Source of the DNA: an uncultured Bacteroidales bacterium
GTDB taxonomy: Bacteria; Bacteroidota; Bacteroidia; Bacteroidales; FEN-979
NCBI GenBank assembly: GCA_903916595.1
Contig: CAIWXI010000137.1
Span: 2,979-66,978, forward strand
Length of the DNA stretch: 64,000 bases
Direction: 5' to 3'
The notes under the pieces were generated by a model. It did not search any database. It saw only the letters and a program-made list of their open reading frames with translations, and had not been told where the DNA came from. Each line of letters begins with the position of its first letter. Positions within the stretch are counted from its first letter, which is position 1. Positions 8,841 to 17,902 of the stretch are shown here, piece by piece. The position numbers were made by a program, and so were the translations under genes.

Positions 8841-9503
8841 TTTCTTTTGCTTCTTTTCTTTGAGCGGACACAAGAAAAGAAGTCGATTTTTGCCGTTTTG
8901 CAAAATCTCCACGAAGTGCCCGCCACGCCTTATCGGGAAGTGCAATTGCACTAACTCGGGAATAGGGATATGTACATTGATTCTGAATATATTAGGATTC
9001 AAAAAGCAGTTTGCAGGCATACGGTTTGCTCGCATGGCCGGTTAATTGCTTTAAAAAAGTTGACAAGGAATTCTACACCATCATGAACGGCAAACAATTT
9101 TTAAAAGACAACTGCGGCAAAAATCTCGGGTTACTATTTCCATTTGGCTGGTTGGACCCATTTTTTTCCCGGAAATGAAAATTTGATAGGGATTTTGATA
9201 AAAAAAGTTTCCCCAATCCGCCGTAAAAATAACTGCAATGCAAAGTCGGAAAAAGTCGGATTGCCCCTCGTAAAACTCAATGGTAACAAGGAATTTCGTA
9301 GAAAAATACAGGGCTGGAAGATGGTTTCTTTTGCTTCGTTTCTTGCCATCCGCACAAAGAAAAGAAGTCCGGCGAAATAGCTTTTATCAAAAATATTTTG
9401 TCATCTCATTGATTATGATAATATTAAGGGCTAAAAATTCCCTTAAAATTATCAAATCCTCACAGAGTGCACGCCCCGCCCTATCGGAAAATGCAATTGC
9501 ACT
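8841..9503. repeat. Degenerate duplicated module (pyrimidine/purine hairpin plus palindrome-ended ~50-bp box)
   Basis: 8841-8884 resembles 9325-9369; 8903-8952 resembles 9454-9503. Confidence 0.75.
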
Positions 9504-9728
9504 TTTTCGTTTTTTCAGGGTTATATGAATTGACTTTGTTTGTATAAATTCAGGTAATCAGATAGTTAATGAATGTGCTCCCCTACAAACCAATGGCATT
9601 CCAATAAAAAGAGGGGAGGCCTTGGATCATTAACCCGGAATCAGGATGATCCCCTAGCATTGATTATTGACATCTACTAAAGTCGTATGAAAAAAAATGA
9701 AGGGAATGGTAGGGAACCTGGAACGAGT

Positions 9729-10586
9729 TTATCGGACGTTCATCAAAAATTCATTGAAGTCTTTATGATCAGGATAAATGACCGGCGCCCAGTCTTTGAC
9801 CTGATCGCATTTGCTAACGATCTTTTGAGATGCCGCCATCCCTGCCGGGTCATTGTCCAGGAATAGATTCACTTCATTTGTCTGCTGCAATTCAGTTTCG
9901 ATCCGTGGCAAAAAAGATAATGAGTTTAAAACAATCGTCCGGAACCTTGGGATCTTGTTATAATGGGTGCAGCAGGATAAAAAATCCATGAATCCCTCAA
10001 ACACATTTAAAATGGAATTATCGGCGCCGGGAATGGTGGTAAAGTATTTTGGACTCGAACCTGTTTTAAAGAAGGTGTTTCGCAATTCATAACCGTCTTT
10101 ATCATTTTTAAAAGCCAGGGCGAAGTACTTCCTGTCATGGACAGTATAAAAGGCTTCTTTCAAAAACAGCTGGGCAAACGGAAGTGCAATTGCACGTGAT
10201 TTCAGATATTGAATCAAAACCGGATTGCGTAACGATTGTATACGATCAATCTTAATTTTGCCCGATTCATCAGCAGGGCAGGACTGAATATAATTTACAG
10301 GGGAGAAGGAATTTCCACCAATAATATCAATGGTTTCCCTGAAGCTTGTATGGTGCAATTTCATAACCAGGTCTATTAAATTGCCTCCTTCACCGCTCCC
10401 GAAATCGTACCAGACATTCCTGGATAGATGCACTTTAAAGCTGGGAGTCTTCTCCTGGCGCATGGGACTGATGAACCATGCATTTCCATACTGAATTTTG
10501 ATGGGCTTGTGACCGTTTTGATTCAGGTAGTCCATTAAATGAGTTTTCCTCGCCTCTGAGATAATCATTGGGATTTTGTTTTTCAC
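9729..10586 (-). CDS. DNA primase-like protein (CHC2-type N-domain + Toprim)
   Basis: SPMRQEKTPSF..WYDFGSGEGG, VFEGFMDFLS, FLDNDPAG and KDFNEFL motifs; the true start may be ATG 10568. Confidence 0.9.
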   Translation of the reverse strand: MKNKIPMIISEARKTHLMDYLNQNGHKPIKIQYGNAWFISPMRQEKTPSFKVHLSRNVWYDFGSGEGGNLIDLVMKLHHTSFRETIDIIGGNSFSPVNYIQSCPADESGKIKIDRIQSLRNPVLIQYLKSRAIALPFAQLFLKEAFYTVHDRKYFALAFKNDKDGYELRNTFFKTGSSPKYFTTIPGADNSILNVFEGFMDFLSCCTHYNKIPRFRTIVLNSLSFLPRIETELQQTNEVNLFLDNDPAGMAASQKIVSKCDQVKDWAPVIYPDHKDFNEFLMNVR

Positions 10587-10642
10587 TATATTCGACTGCT
10601 ATTCTGATGGTTAAAAAAAAGAGAATATTTTTATTCTTATTG

Positions 10643-10790
10643 AAGTAGTTGGCAACTACACCTACTATCTTACTACATCCATTAAATATGAAGCTGTGTA
10701 GTAGGTTGTAGTAGGATTCATTGAAACACCTACTACAATGAAAACCCTTGATAATATTGATAAACAACATAATGTAGTAGGTGTAGTAAG
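10643..10790. repeat. Iteron cluster (CCTACTACA/TGTAGTAGG); putative replication origin
   Basis: About 8-9 copies in both orientations around AT-rich spacers, between the helicase and primase genes. Confidence 0.7.
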
Positions 10791-10796
10791 TGAATA

Positions 10797-12008
10797 TTAA
10801 ACATTTTGTTCCTTAATAAAATAGCCATAAACCGGAAACGCGTTTCCCTGAACTCTTTTAGAGCCCTTCGGAAAACCCAGTTGAACAAGCGCTTTCCCAA
10901 CTTTTTCAACACTTCTCAACTCCGCTCTGCGATCTGACATGGAGTACAGATAATCTCTGATTTCACTGGCAGTTCTGAAGGCATCGTTATCGAAATCCGT
11001 TCCGGGTGTCAGATATTTTTGGATGTATTCATACTCTACACTATTTTGCTGGAACTGCTGATTCCGGGTTTCATTTTCCTTTATTTCTTCTCGCGTCAGC
11101 TGAAATTTGAAACCACTCTTGTAAAGGGAGTATGCCTGGCTCCAAACCAGGTCTATCGGGATATCATAATAGGCAAAGTTGATTTTCTCAATCTCAAAAC
11201 ACAGCCATCGTACGCTCCCCGTAGTATCGGTGAGGAATGTATCTTCATTCGTTGATCCGACAAATGAAGCCCTGCGGGGATCAGTTTGCGCTTTACGTGC
11301 AAAAGGATGACGAACCCTGACACTGTCTTTGGAAAAAAGGCTTTTCAGCTGATTAAGCTCGAATTTAGTACGGGAACTTAGTTCATCCAGGTTGATAATG
11401 ATGTTTTCACACAGGCTGATCAACCCGTCTTTGTCTCCTGGAAGTGACTCAGTATAATAATTGTGAAGAGCCGGTGGACAAAAGTACCGGCAGTAGGTGC
11501 TTTTACCGGTATGCTGTACGTGTCCCACCAAGATAAAGGCATGTTTATTAAATGACCGGTCATCGATGGCACAGGAAATCATGCGCACAAACATCTTTTT
11601 TAAATGGTGGTCAAATTGCTCCTGATCTAAAGCTTTCACATGTTTGGCCAGTGCATCGATATAGTCCCTGTCACCGGGATTCCAGGCAGACAGCCCTGCC
11701 AGGTAATGTTTAAATGGATTGTAAGTCTCAACAAACTCCGAATTGAGCAACGCGCAAAGGTTTCCAAACGAAATCCGGTAACCATTTGTCAGTAATTGGA
11801 TGTAGAGATTGTTCTCATTGAGCACTTTGTAATCAGGTTCCCCCTTTTTACGCCCTTCGACAACGCCGGTGATTTCGTTAAATCGAAGGTCATACCAGTC
11901 CTTAAGCGCTTCCTGAACCTCTACAATCGCCAGAGGTTTTCTATTTTCGGAAGTTGTTTCTTCTGTGTTCTTTTGTTTTTTCATCCGAGAGGTTATTTGC
12001 CCGGGCAA
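10797..12008 (-). CDS. VirE/VapE-family P-loop NTPase (putative replicative helicase)
   Basis: Walker A GHVQHTGKST, Walker B IINLDEL, RRASFVGSTNED.FLTDTTGSVRW. Confidence 0.9.
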   Translation of the reverse strand: MPGQITSRMKKQKNTEETTSENRKPLAIVEVQEALKDWYDLRFNEITGVVEGRKKGEPDYKVLNENNLYIQLLTNGYRISFGNLCALLNSEFVETYNPFKHYLAGLSAWNPGDRDYIDALAKHVKALDQEQFDHHLKKMFVRMISCAIDDRSFNKHAFILVGHVQHTGKSTYCRYFCPPALHNYYTESLPGDKDGLISLCENIIINLDELSSRTKFELNQLKSLFSKDSVRVRHPFARKAQTDPRRASFVGSTNEDTFLTDTTGSVRWLCFEIEKINFAYYDIPIDLVWSQAYSLYKSGFKFQLTREEIKENETRNQQFQQNSVEYEYIQKYLTPGTDFDNDAFRTASEIRDYLYSMSDRRAELRSVEKVGKALVQLGFPKGSKRVQGNAFPVYGYFIKEQNV

Positions 12009-12076
12009 TCAACACTGGTTGATATACCTGGCACATGAATATATTCTGTGAATTGAAAACGGCTAGGGATGTTTGG

Positions 12077-12448
12077 TTAAAAGGATCTCCGATTCTTTTT
12101 TACAGAAATATAGGCGTCAGCAACGGCCTCAATCTCGGAATTGGTCTTTTTCCTGCCGGATTTGATCCATCCGGTAAGCTCCTGGTGGGAAAAATACAAG
12201 CGATTGCCTCTTTTACAAACGGGAACTTCTTTCCGTTGTACCAAACCATAAACGGTAGGGACCGACAAATGGAGGATTGCAGCAGCCTGCTTGATTGTTA
12301 ATAATTGGTCGGCTTCGGGTAGGGGAGAGTTACTTTTTGAAAGTAACAGCTGTTCAATGATTTCCAGTTTATCAAATAACTGGCTTACAGCTTCGGGTAA
12401 TTTTTCAAATGTCATTTCCATTGCGTACATGTTTAATTTGTGAAACAT
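12077..12448 (-). CDS. HTH_17 excisionase-like DNA-binding protein
   Basis: TFEKLPEAV..LLTIKQAAAILHLSVPTVYGLV..KRGNRLYF; likely start at 12421. Confidence 0.9.
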   Translation of the reverse strand: MFHKLNMYAMEMTFEKLPEAVSQLFDKLEIIEQLLLSKSNSPLPEADQLLTIKQAAAILHLSVPTVYGLVQRKEVPVCKRGNRLYFSHQELTGWIKSGRKKTNSEIEAVADAYISVKKNRRSF

Positions 12449-12523
12449 GCAGCAATGTTACCGGGACGGTTAGCAGGGTTGCAATATGGTTGGGAGTAAC
12501 ATGGTCAAAACCCGGTTAAGATT

Positions 12524-13450
12524 TTATATTTTGCTGATCAGATAAGTTCCCGTCGCTTTTTCGAGTATGATGTTCAGAACAGGCTTTTGACACTTATCTT
12601 TTCTGGTTGACATGATTTCGCTCAGATAAGGCAGTGTGTATGTTTTCAGTTTATTCCGGTAACGGTACGAAAAATTTATGCTAATCCAGTATTCAAGCTC
12701 CTTCTTCTGGCAACCTCTGATGATATCGCAATCGTATAATTGTTTGAATGCATCCGCCAGACGGTTTCCGGAGCCAAGGAATAACAAAGGTTTAGGAGCA
12801 TTCTCGCCGCCGTTTAGCAGCGCATAAAACTCAATTTGATCTTCCGGAGAAAAAAAATCCCGGAGGATCTCATAAATTTCAGCTATCGATTCGTTAACAA
12901 AGATAGGTTTGATAACTGGCATGGCAGGTTCCAGTTGCTTTGTTGTTGGTTTGGTTATGTCTGTCAGTTCTTCGCGTTCCCTTATTGGGCTAAGGTTGAT
13001 CGTTTCCAGGATGAAAAAACGGTCATTGCAAATTTCAAGAAATGGGATGTTATACAGAATGCAATAGTCCTGGATTACCACGAAAAGTAATGAAAAGAGA
13101 TAGTGGGCCCTGACTTCTGAAATTCCCAGGTCATCCGATACATCCTGCCCTTTGTACCAAATTGGATAATATAGTTCATCGATTTCGAGATGCACGGGTT
13201 CAATATCTTCAAATTTTTTAGGAATAACGATTACCCTGTCGAGTTCATCGATGTAAAACATGAGAAGATCCTTCTTCTCCTGGAATGTCGATTTTGTTAA
13301 AAGATTTAACCCAAGCTCCCTCCTGAAGGGCTCGACGAATTCTTCATGCAGGTTGGTATCCATCCCGGCAAGTACTTCTATTTTCTGTGGGTCGTCGTCC
13401 TGTTGAAAGGAAAGTATATTCAGGCATTTATCCAATGCATTGGTTTTCAT
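12524..13450 (-). CDS. Hypothetical protein of the integrative element
   Basis: 308-aa ORF co-oriented between the integrase and HTH genes; no motif recognised. Confidence 0.7.
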   Translation of the reverse strand: MKTNALDKCLNILSFQQDDDPQKIEVLAGMDTNLHEEFVEPFRRELGLNLLTKSTFQEKKDLLMFYIDELDRVIVIPKKFEDIEPVHLEIDELYYPIWYKGQDVSDDLGISEVRAHYLFSLLFVVIQDYCILYNIPFLEICNDRFFILETINLSPIREREELTDITKPTTKQLEPAMPVIKPIFVNESIAEIYEILRDFFSPEDQIEFYALLNGGENAPKPLLFLGSGNRLADAFKQLYDCDIIRGCQKKELEYWISINFSYRYRNKLKTYTLPYLSEIMSTRKDKCQKPVLNIILEKATGTYLISKI

Positions 13451-13483
13451 AAGGATTTTGGGATATATAGTGGGTGCGGAAAG

Positions 13484-14722
13484 CTAAAATTTTAATACTA
13501 TTTTGTCTGTGGCATCACGTTTGGCCTGGTTTATAATCTTGGTATAAACCTGGGTCGTTCTTGGATCCCGGTGTCCAAGCATTTTTGAAACAGTGTAAAA
13601 ATCTGTTCCATTGCTTAGCTGCAATGTTGCGTAGGTATGCCTGAAACAATGAAATGTTATATTCTTTGTGATCCCGGCAGACCCGATCCATTGGGCTAAA
13701 TGTTTATTGGAATAAGCAGAATAGGTAAGCCCATTAAAAACTTTTTGATTTGGCTCTTTGCGCTCCCCCATCAGGTTATAGGCTTGTTCAGAGATTGGCA
13801 TCATTTCTACGCCATTTGTCTTTTGCTGGGTGAATTGGATAAAGTATCCGTTACCATTGATAAATTCCACTTCACCCCATGTAAGTTTTGCAATATCTCC
13901 GAAACGGAATCCGGTGAGTGCAGAGAATAAAGCTGCATTTTTTAACAAAGGGTTTAGACAATCCTTCTGTATAAGGTTATTCAATTCTTCCAATGTTAAG
14001 AAATTCCGATGGGTTTCAGCTTCCTTAATACGATCGATCCTGGCATTTAAATTATAGCGGAGAAATCCGTCTTTGTGCGCCTGTTTAAGCGTTGCTTTAA
14101 ATTTGTTGAAATAGGAAAAGGCTGAATTTTGAGAAAGTTTTACTTTTTCGCTTCGGTTACTGTGGGTGTTGCAGAGGTAATCCTTAAAATCATTGCAGAA
14201 TTTTTCATCAAGATCAACAAACTTTAATTTTCCGCCGGTGAATTTTTCTAGATAATGATACGCCGAAACCCAGTTATCATGGTTGGAGGCCTTCCTTTTT
14301 TCCTTCAGTTCACAGAAATATTGTAAAAAGGAGGTATTCTCCATTTCCCTGATCTTTAACTGGGCCTTCTCGTAACCGGTGTATATTTCCGGCTTATTCA
14401 GTTGATTATCCCTTTTCTGCCTGATCTGTTCAGCAATCTGAAGGGTTTCCTCATTATGCTTTTTATCAATTGGGTTCAACTTGATTTTTTTTGGTTCACC
14501 CTTCTTACCCAAAATAGGAATCAATCGTTTCTGTTCCTTGCCATTTTTATCAAGGTACATTTGTTCTTCAGTCTCATTTTCATTGAACAGGAACAGGTTC
14601 AGGAACTCCCTGCGAGTGGGTTTGTCCGTTTCAGGATGGAGGATCGGAGGATAAAAATCGAGGTACAGACTATGCCTGTTATCCGATATATTCTTAAATC
14701 TTAGCTTTACTTTGGTAACCAT
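13484..14722 (-). CDS. Tyrosine recombinase/integrase
   Basis: R (TGFRFGD), K (QQKT), HCFRH, LGH and TQVY catalytic residues intact; Bacteroidota arm-binding N-terminus SLYLDFYP. Confidence 0.96.
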   Translation of the reverse strand: MVTKVKLRFKNISDNRHSLYLDFYPPILHPETDKPTRREFLNLFLFNENETEEQMYLDKNGKEQKRLIPILGKKGEPKKIKLNPIDKKHNEETLQIAEQIRQKRDNQLNKPEIYTGYEKAQLKIREMENTSFLQYFCELKEKRKASNHDNWVSAYHYLEKFTGGKLKFVDLDEKFCNDFKDYLCNTHSNRSEKVKLSQNSAFSYFNKFKATLKQAHKDGFLRYNLNARIDRIKEAETHRNFLTLEELNNLIQKDCLNPLLKNAALFSALTGFRFGDIAKLTWGEVEFINGNGYFIQFTQQKTNGVEMMPISEQAYNLMGERKEPNQKVFNGLTYSAYSNKHLAQWIGSAGITKNITFHCFRHTYATLQLSNGTDFYTVSKMLGHRDPRTTQVYTKIINQAKRDATDKIVLKF

Positions 14723-14730
14723 ATATATTA

Positions 14731-15300
14731 TTATTTCAGTATATTATCGATCATATTTTTCGGAACATAAGCGAACCAGCCTTTTTTTATTTTTGGTATT
14801 TTGTTCCTTTTAATCAGTGATTGCAAAGCGCCTTCAGAAATACCATACTTTTTTTGAACCTCGGTAAGATTATACCAGTCATTTTCGTCAAATTCAACAT
14901 CATCATCTTCACTTTCAATTTCCTTAGTATCAGATTCAACCGGAAACAGAACAAAAAATTTGTCAATTTCTGATCGCTTAATGATTGTTTTCCTTTGTGC
15001 GAGATTTACCCCTTTGATCGTCCCCATGTTAATAAGGCGGTAGACAGTAGGCAAAGAACTATTCAGAAGTTTAGCAACATCCTTAACCGTTAAAAACTCT
15101 TTTGCTTTAATCTCGTCAAGAGGTTGTGCTTTAACCTGCTTGATTTCTTTGTTACTCGTTTCAATTTTTTGAGCTCTGATCCTTGCTTTGTACCCTCGTT
15201 TCGCGCAATTATCGCCACAAAATTGTGTAACGGTTGTCCTGGCTGTGAACTCCTTTCCACAGAATTGACAGATTCGTTGTACCTTAATATTAGTACTCAT
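14731..15300 (-). CDS. Zn-ribbon + HTH excisionase-like protein
   Basis: CQFC..FCGDNC, FLTVKDVAKLL..PTVYRLI and a second HTH at the C-terminus. Confidence 0.85.
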   Translation of the reverse strand: MSTNIKVQRICQFCGKEFTARTTVTQFCGDNCAKRGYKARIRAQKIETSNKEIKQVKAQPLDEIKAKEFLTVKDVAKLLNSSLPTVYRLINMGTIKGVNLAQRKTIIKRSEIDKFFVLFPVESDTKEIESEDDDVEFDENDWYNLTEVQKKYGISEGALQSLIKRNKIPKIKKGWFAYVPKNMIDNILK

Positions 15301-15362
15301 TTAGCATATTTTAATATAATTAAGATAAAATAAGTATCATGTTTTCGCCAATAATTCAATGG

Positions 15363-15411
15363 AGGTACAAAACAGGTCCTGTTTTTAATTTGAGGTACAA
15401 CAAAGGTACAA
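15363..15411. repeat. AGGTACAA direct repeats near the att end
   Basis: Copies at 15363, 15393 and 15404; partial AGGTCC at 15374. Confidence 0.65.
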
Positions 15412-15465
15412 ACATATACAGAACGGATCACTAACGGTACGCAAAAGATATTAACAATAATAATT

Positions 15466-15491
15466 AAAAAAGCCCATATTTACTGGGCTTT
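15466..15491 (-). terminator. Terminator downstream of mnmE
   Basis: Minus strand AAAGCCCA-GTAAATA-TGGGCTTTTTT. Confidence 0.65.
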
Positions 15492-15534
15492 ACGTTACTT
15501 ATACAGTTTTGGTTATGTGTTCGTTTTGTGCCGG

Positions 15535-16932
15535 TTACTTTCCGATGCAGAACCTCGAAAAAATATTTCCCAGAATATCATCTGTCGTGATTTCGCCCGT
15601 GATCTCGCCGATGTGATGAAGTGCAAGGCGGATGTTGCTTGAAAGAAGGTCGGCGGGGATGTTCCGGACCAGGCCTTGTTCAACTTCAACTATTGCTTCA
15701 ATTGAACGTTGTAATGCTTCGTAATGCCGCGTGTTGGATATGACCAGTCCGTCGTTTATTCCGCTTATGCTTACCTTGCTTACAAGACTTTCGGCGATCT
15801 GGTGGATGTTCTCGTGGCGCTTGGCTGAAACAAAGATGGTTTCCTGGCTCACGAAGGATGTGAACCCCTTTGGAAGCTTCTTTACCTTATCGATTTTGTT
15901 GCCGACCAGGATAAGATGTCTTAAAGGATTTTCGGCAATGTCTTTGAAATCTTCAAGTGCGTTAACAACATCTTCGAACGATTCCTTTGTGGCATCGAAA
16001 ACATACAGCACCATGCTTGCCTCACTAATCTTTTGCCATGTTTTTTCGATCCCCAGGGTCTCGATCTCATTTTCGGCAGCCCGCAAGCCGGCAGTGTCGA
16101 TAAAGCGGAAGCTGAACCCGCCGATCACAATAGTGTCTTCGATCGCATCGCGGGTAGTCCCCGGTATTTCTGAGACGATCGCTTTTTCTTCATTCAGGAT
16201 GGCATTCAGCAGAGTTGATTTGCCGGCATTCGGCTTGCCTATGATTGCCACGGGAATACCTGTTTTGATAACATTTCCTAGTTTAAAGGAACCGAGCAAG
16301 GATGAAATCTCGCTTTTCAATGTTTTCACCAGCCTGATAAGCCCTCCGCGGTCGGCAAATTCAACATCTTCCTCGCTGAAATCGAGTTCCAGTTCCAGCA
16401 GTGAAACAAAATCTAACAGCTGTTCGCGAAGAGCCTTGAGCTTTTTCGAAAATCCGCCTCTGAGCTGGGTAAAGGCCAGTTCATGCGACATCTTCGAGTG
16501 GGCTGAAATGAGGTCGGCTATACCTTCGGCCTGTGTGAGGTCGAGTTTCCGGTTGAGAAACGCCCTTAGAGTAAATTCTCCGGGATTGGCCATCCGCAGT
16601 CCATGATCAAGCAAGACTTCCATGATCCGTTGCTGCATATAAACCGAGCCATGTACCGAAAGTTCGGCCACATCCTCACCGGTGTAGGAATTGGGAGCCC
16701 TGAAAATACTCAGCAGAACATCATCCAGAGGCCCTTCATCAGATATGATAGTTCCATGGTGGATGGTGTGGGAGGCTGCTTGCTGTATTGATTTTTTTTT
16801 ATTTGACGGGCGGAAGATGTTTTCCAGGGTTTTAAATGTATCCGGTCCGGAAATGCGGGCTACAGCAATAGCGCCTGTTCCCGGGGCAGTCGAGATCGCA
16901 CAGATGGTATCGTTAAGTTGAAAGCGGGCCAT
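15535..16932 (-). CDS. mnmE: tRNA modification GTPase MnmE/TrmE
   Basis: [26 protein letters not shown] and C-terminal FCIGK; start set at MARFQ. Confidence 0.98.
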   Translation of the reverse strand: MARFQLNDTICAISTAPGTGAIAVARISGPDTFKTLENIFRPSNKKKSIQQAASHTIHHGTIISDEGPLDDVLLSIFRAPNSYTGEDVAELSVHGSVYMQQRIMEVLLDHGLRMANPGEFTLRAFLNRKLDLTQAEGIADLISAHSKMSHELAFTQLRGGFSKKLKALREQLLDFVSLLELELDFSEEDVEFADRGGLIRLVKTLKSEISSLLGSFKLGNVIKTGIPVAIIGKPNAGKSTLLNAILNEEKAIVSEIPGTTRDAIEDTIVIGGFSFRFIDTAGLRAAENEIETLGIEKTWQKISEASMVLYVFDATKESFEDVVNALEDFKDIAENPLRHLILVGNKIDKVKKLPKGFTSFVSQETIFVSAKRHENIHQIAESLVSKVSISGINDGLVISNTRHYEALQRSIEAIVEVEQGLVRNIPADLLSSNIRLALHHIGEITGEITTDDILGNIFSRFCIGK

Positions 16933-17005
16933 AAGGCACAAAAATATCAAATTAAACATTGCCGGTGTTTCAAAAGAATTTAATTTTGGCATGAAAATAT
17001 TTTCT

Positions 17006-17881
17006 ATGAGCGTACTTGTTGATGAACATTCGAAGGTCCTTGTCCAGGGCTTTACAGGGCATGAGGGATCCTTTCATGCTGGCCAGATGATTGAATACGG
17101 GACTAATGTAGTAGGGGGTGTCACTCCGGGCAAAGGTGGGACCATCCATCTTGATCGCCCGGTATTCAATACCGTATCTGATGCCGTAAAGGCCACCGGG
17201 GCTAATGTTTCGGTTGTTTTTGTGCCTCCTTCAATGGCTGCCGACGCGATCGTAGAGGCTGCTGTTGCAGGGATAAAACTTATTGTATGTATTACCGAGG
17301 GTATTCCCGTGATTGATATGGTTACGGTTAAGGAATACCTTAAGGGCCACGATGTACGGCTTATTGGTCCGAATTGTCCGGGTATCATAAGCCCGCCTCA
17401 TACCAAGATCGGGATCATGCCCGGTTTTATTCACCAGAGAGGTTGTATCGGGATTGTTTCCCGTTCGGGGACTTTGTCATATGAAGCGGTTGACCAGATA
17501 ACCAAGACAGGCCTCGGACAAACCACCATGATCGGGGTGGGAGGGGATCCCATCCCCGGAACCACGATAAAGGAAGCAGTCCAGCTACTGATGGAAGATC
17601 CCGAAACCAAAGGCATTGTGATGATAGGGGAGATAGGCGGCAACATGGAAACTGATGCGGCATATTGGATTAAAGACCACGGGACCAAGCCGGTTGTAAG
17701 CTTTATTGCCGGGGCTACTGCTCCTAAAGGACGTACCATGGGACATGCAGGCGCTATCGTTGGTGGAAAGTCAGATACCGCCGAGGCCAAAAAAGAAATC
17801 TTAAGAGAATGCGGAATTCATGTAGTTGATTCGCCGGCGGACCTGGGGACAGCAATGGTCAAAGCACTTGGAAAATGGTGA
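17006..17881 (+). CDS. sucD: Succinyl-CoA synthetase alpha subunit
   Basis: VQGFTG, GPNCPG, SRSGTL and MGHAGA motifs. Confidence 0.98.
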   Translation: MSVLVDEHSKVLVQGFTGHEGSFHAGQMIEYGTNVVGGVTPGKGGTIHLDRPVFNTVSDAVKATGANVSVVFVPPSMAADAIVEAAVAGIKLIVCITEGIPVIDMVTVKEYLKGHDVRLIGPNCPGIISPPHTKIGIMPGFIHQRGCIGIVSRSGTLSYEAVDQITKTGLGQTTMIGVGGDPIPGTTIKEAVQLLMEDPETKGIVMIGEIGGNMETDAAYWIKDHGTKPVVSFIAGATAPKGRTMGHAGAIVGGKSDTAEAKKEILRECGIHVVDSPADLGTAMVKALGKW

Positions 17882-17898
17882 AATGGTGAAATGGTGAA
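17873..17898 (+). repeat. (AAATGGTG)x3 tandem repeat overlapping the sucD stop
   Basis: Read directly; fills most of the gap between convergent genes. Confidence 0.8.
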
Positions 17899-17902
17899 TC
17901 TG

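Larger units (their letters stand above)
1..15534. mobile_element. Integrative element (genomic island/IME-like) inserted at the 3' end of mnmE; left boundary not visible
   Basis: Tyrosine integrase, HTH/excisionase genes, VirE helicase, primase and radC lie directly downstream of the mnmE stop. trmE/mnmE is an established integration hotspot. No direct-repeat copy of the mnmE 3' end was found in the window, so the extent of cargo left of radC is inferred. Confidence 0.75.

Noticed and set aside
8132-9528. Track ORFs of 70-96 aa in the radC-primase interval
   Set aside because: Low-complexity translations of hairpins and repeats, often with non-ATG starts; the 56-aa ORF with its own terminator explains the region better.
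12469-12475. Single GTTAGCA box upstream of the HTH gene
   Set aside because: One 7-mer without the paired 11-bp repeat; compatible with chance.
15731-16606. 291-aa plus-strand ORF
   Set aside because: Antisense shadow of mnmE.
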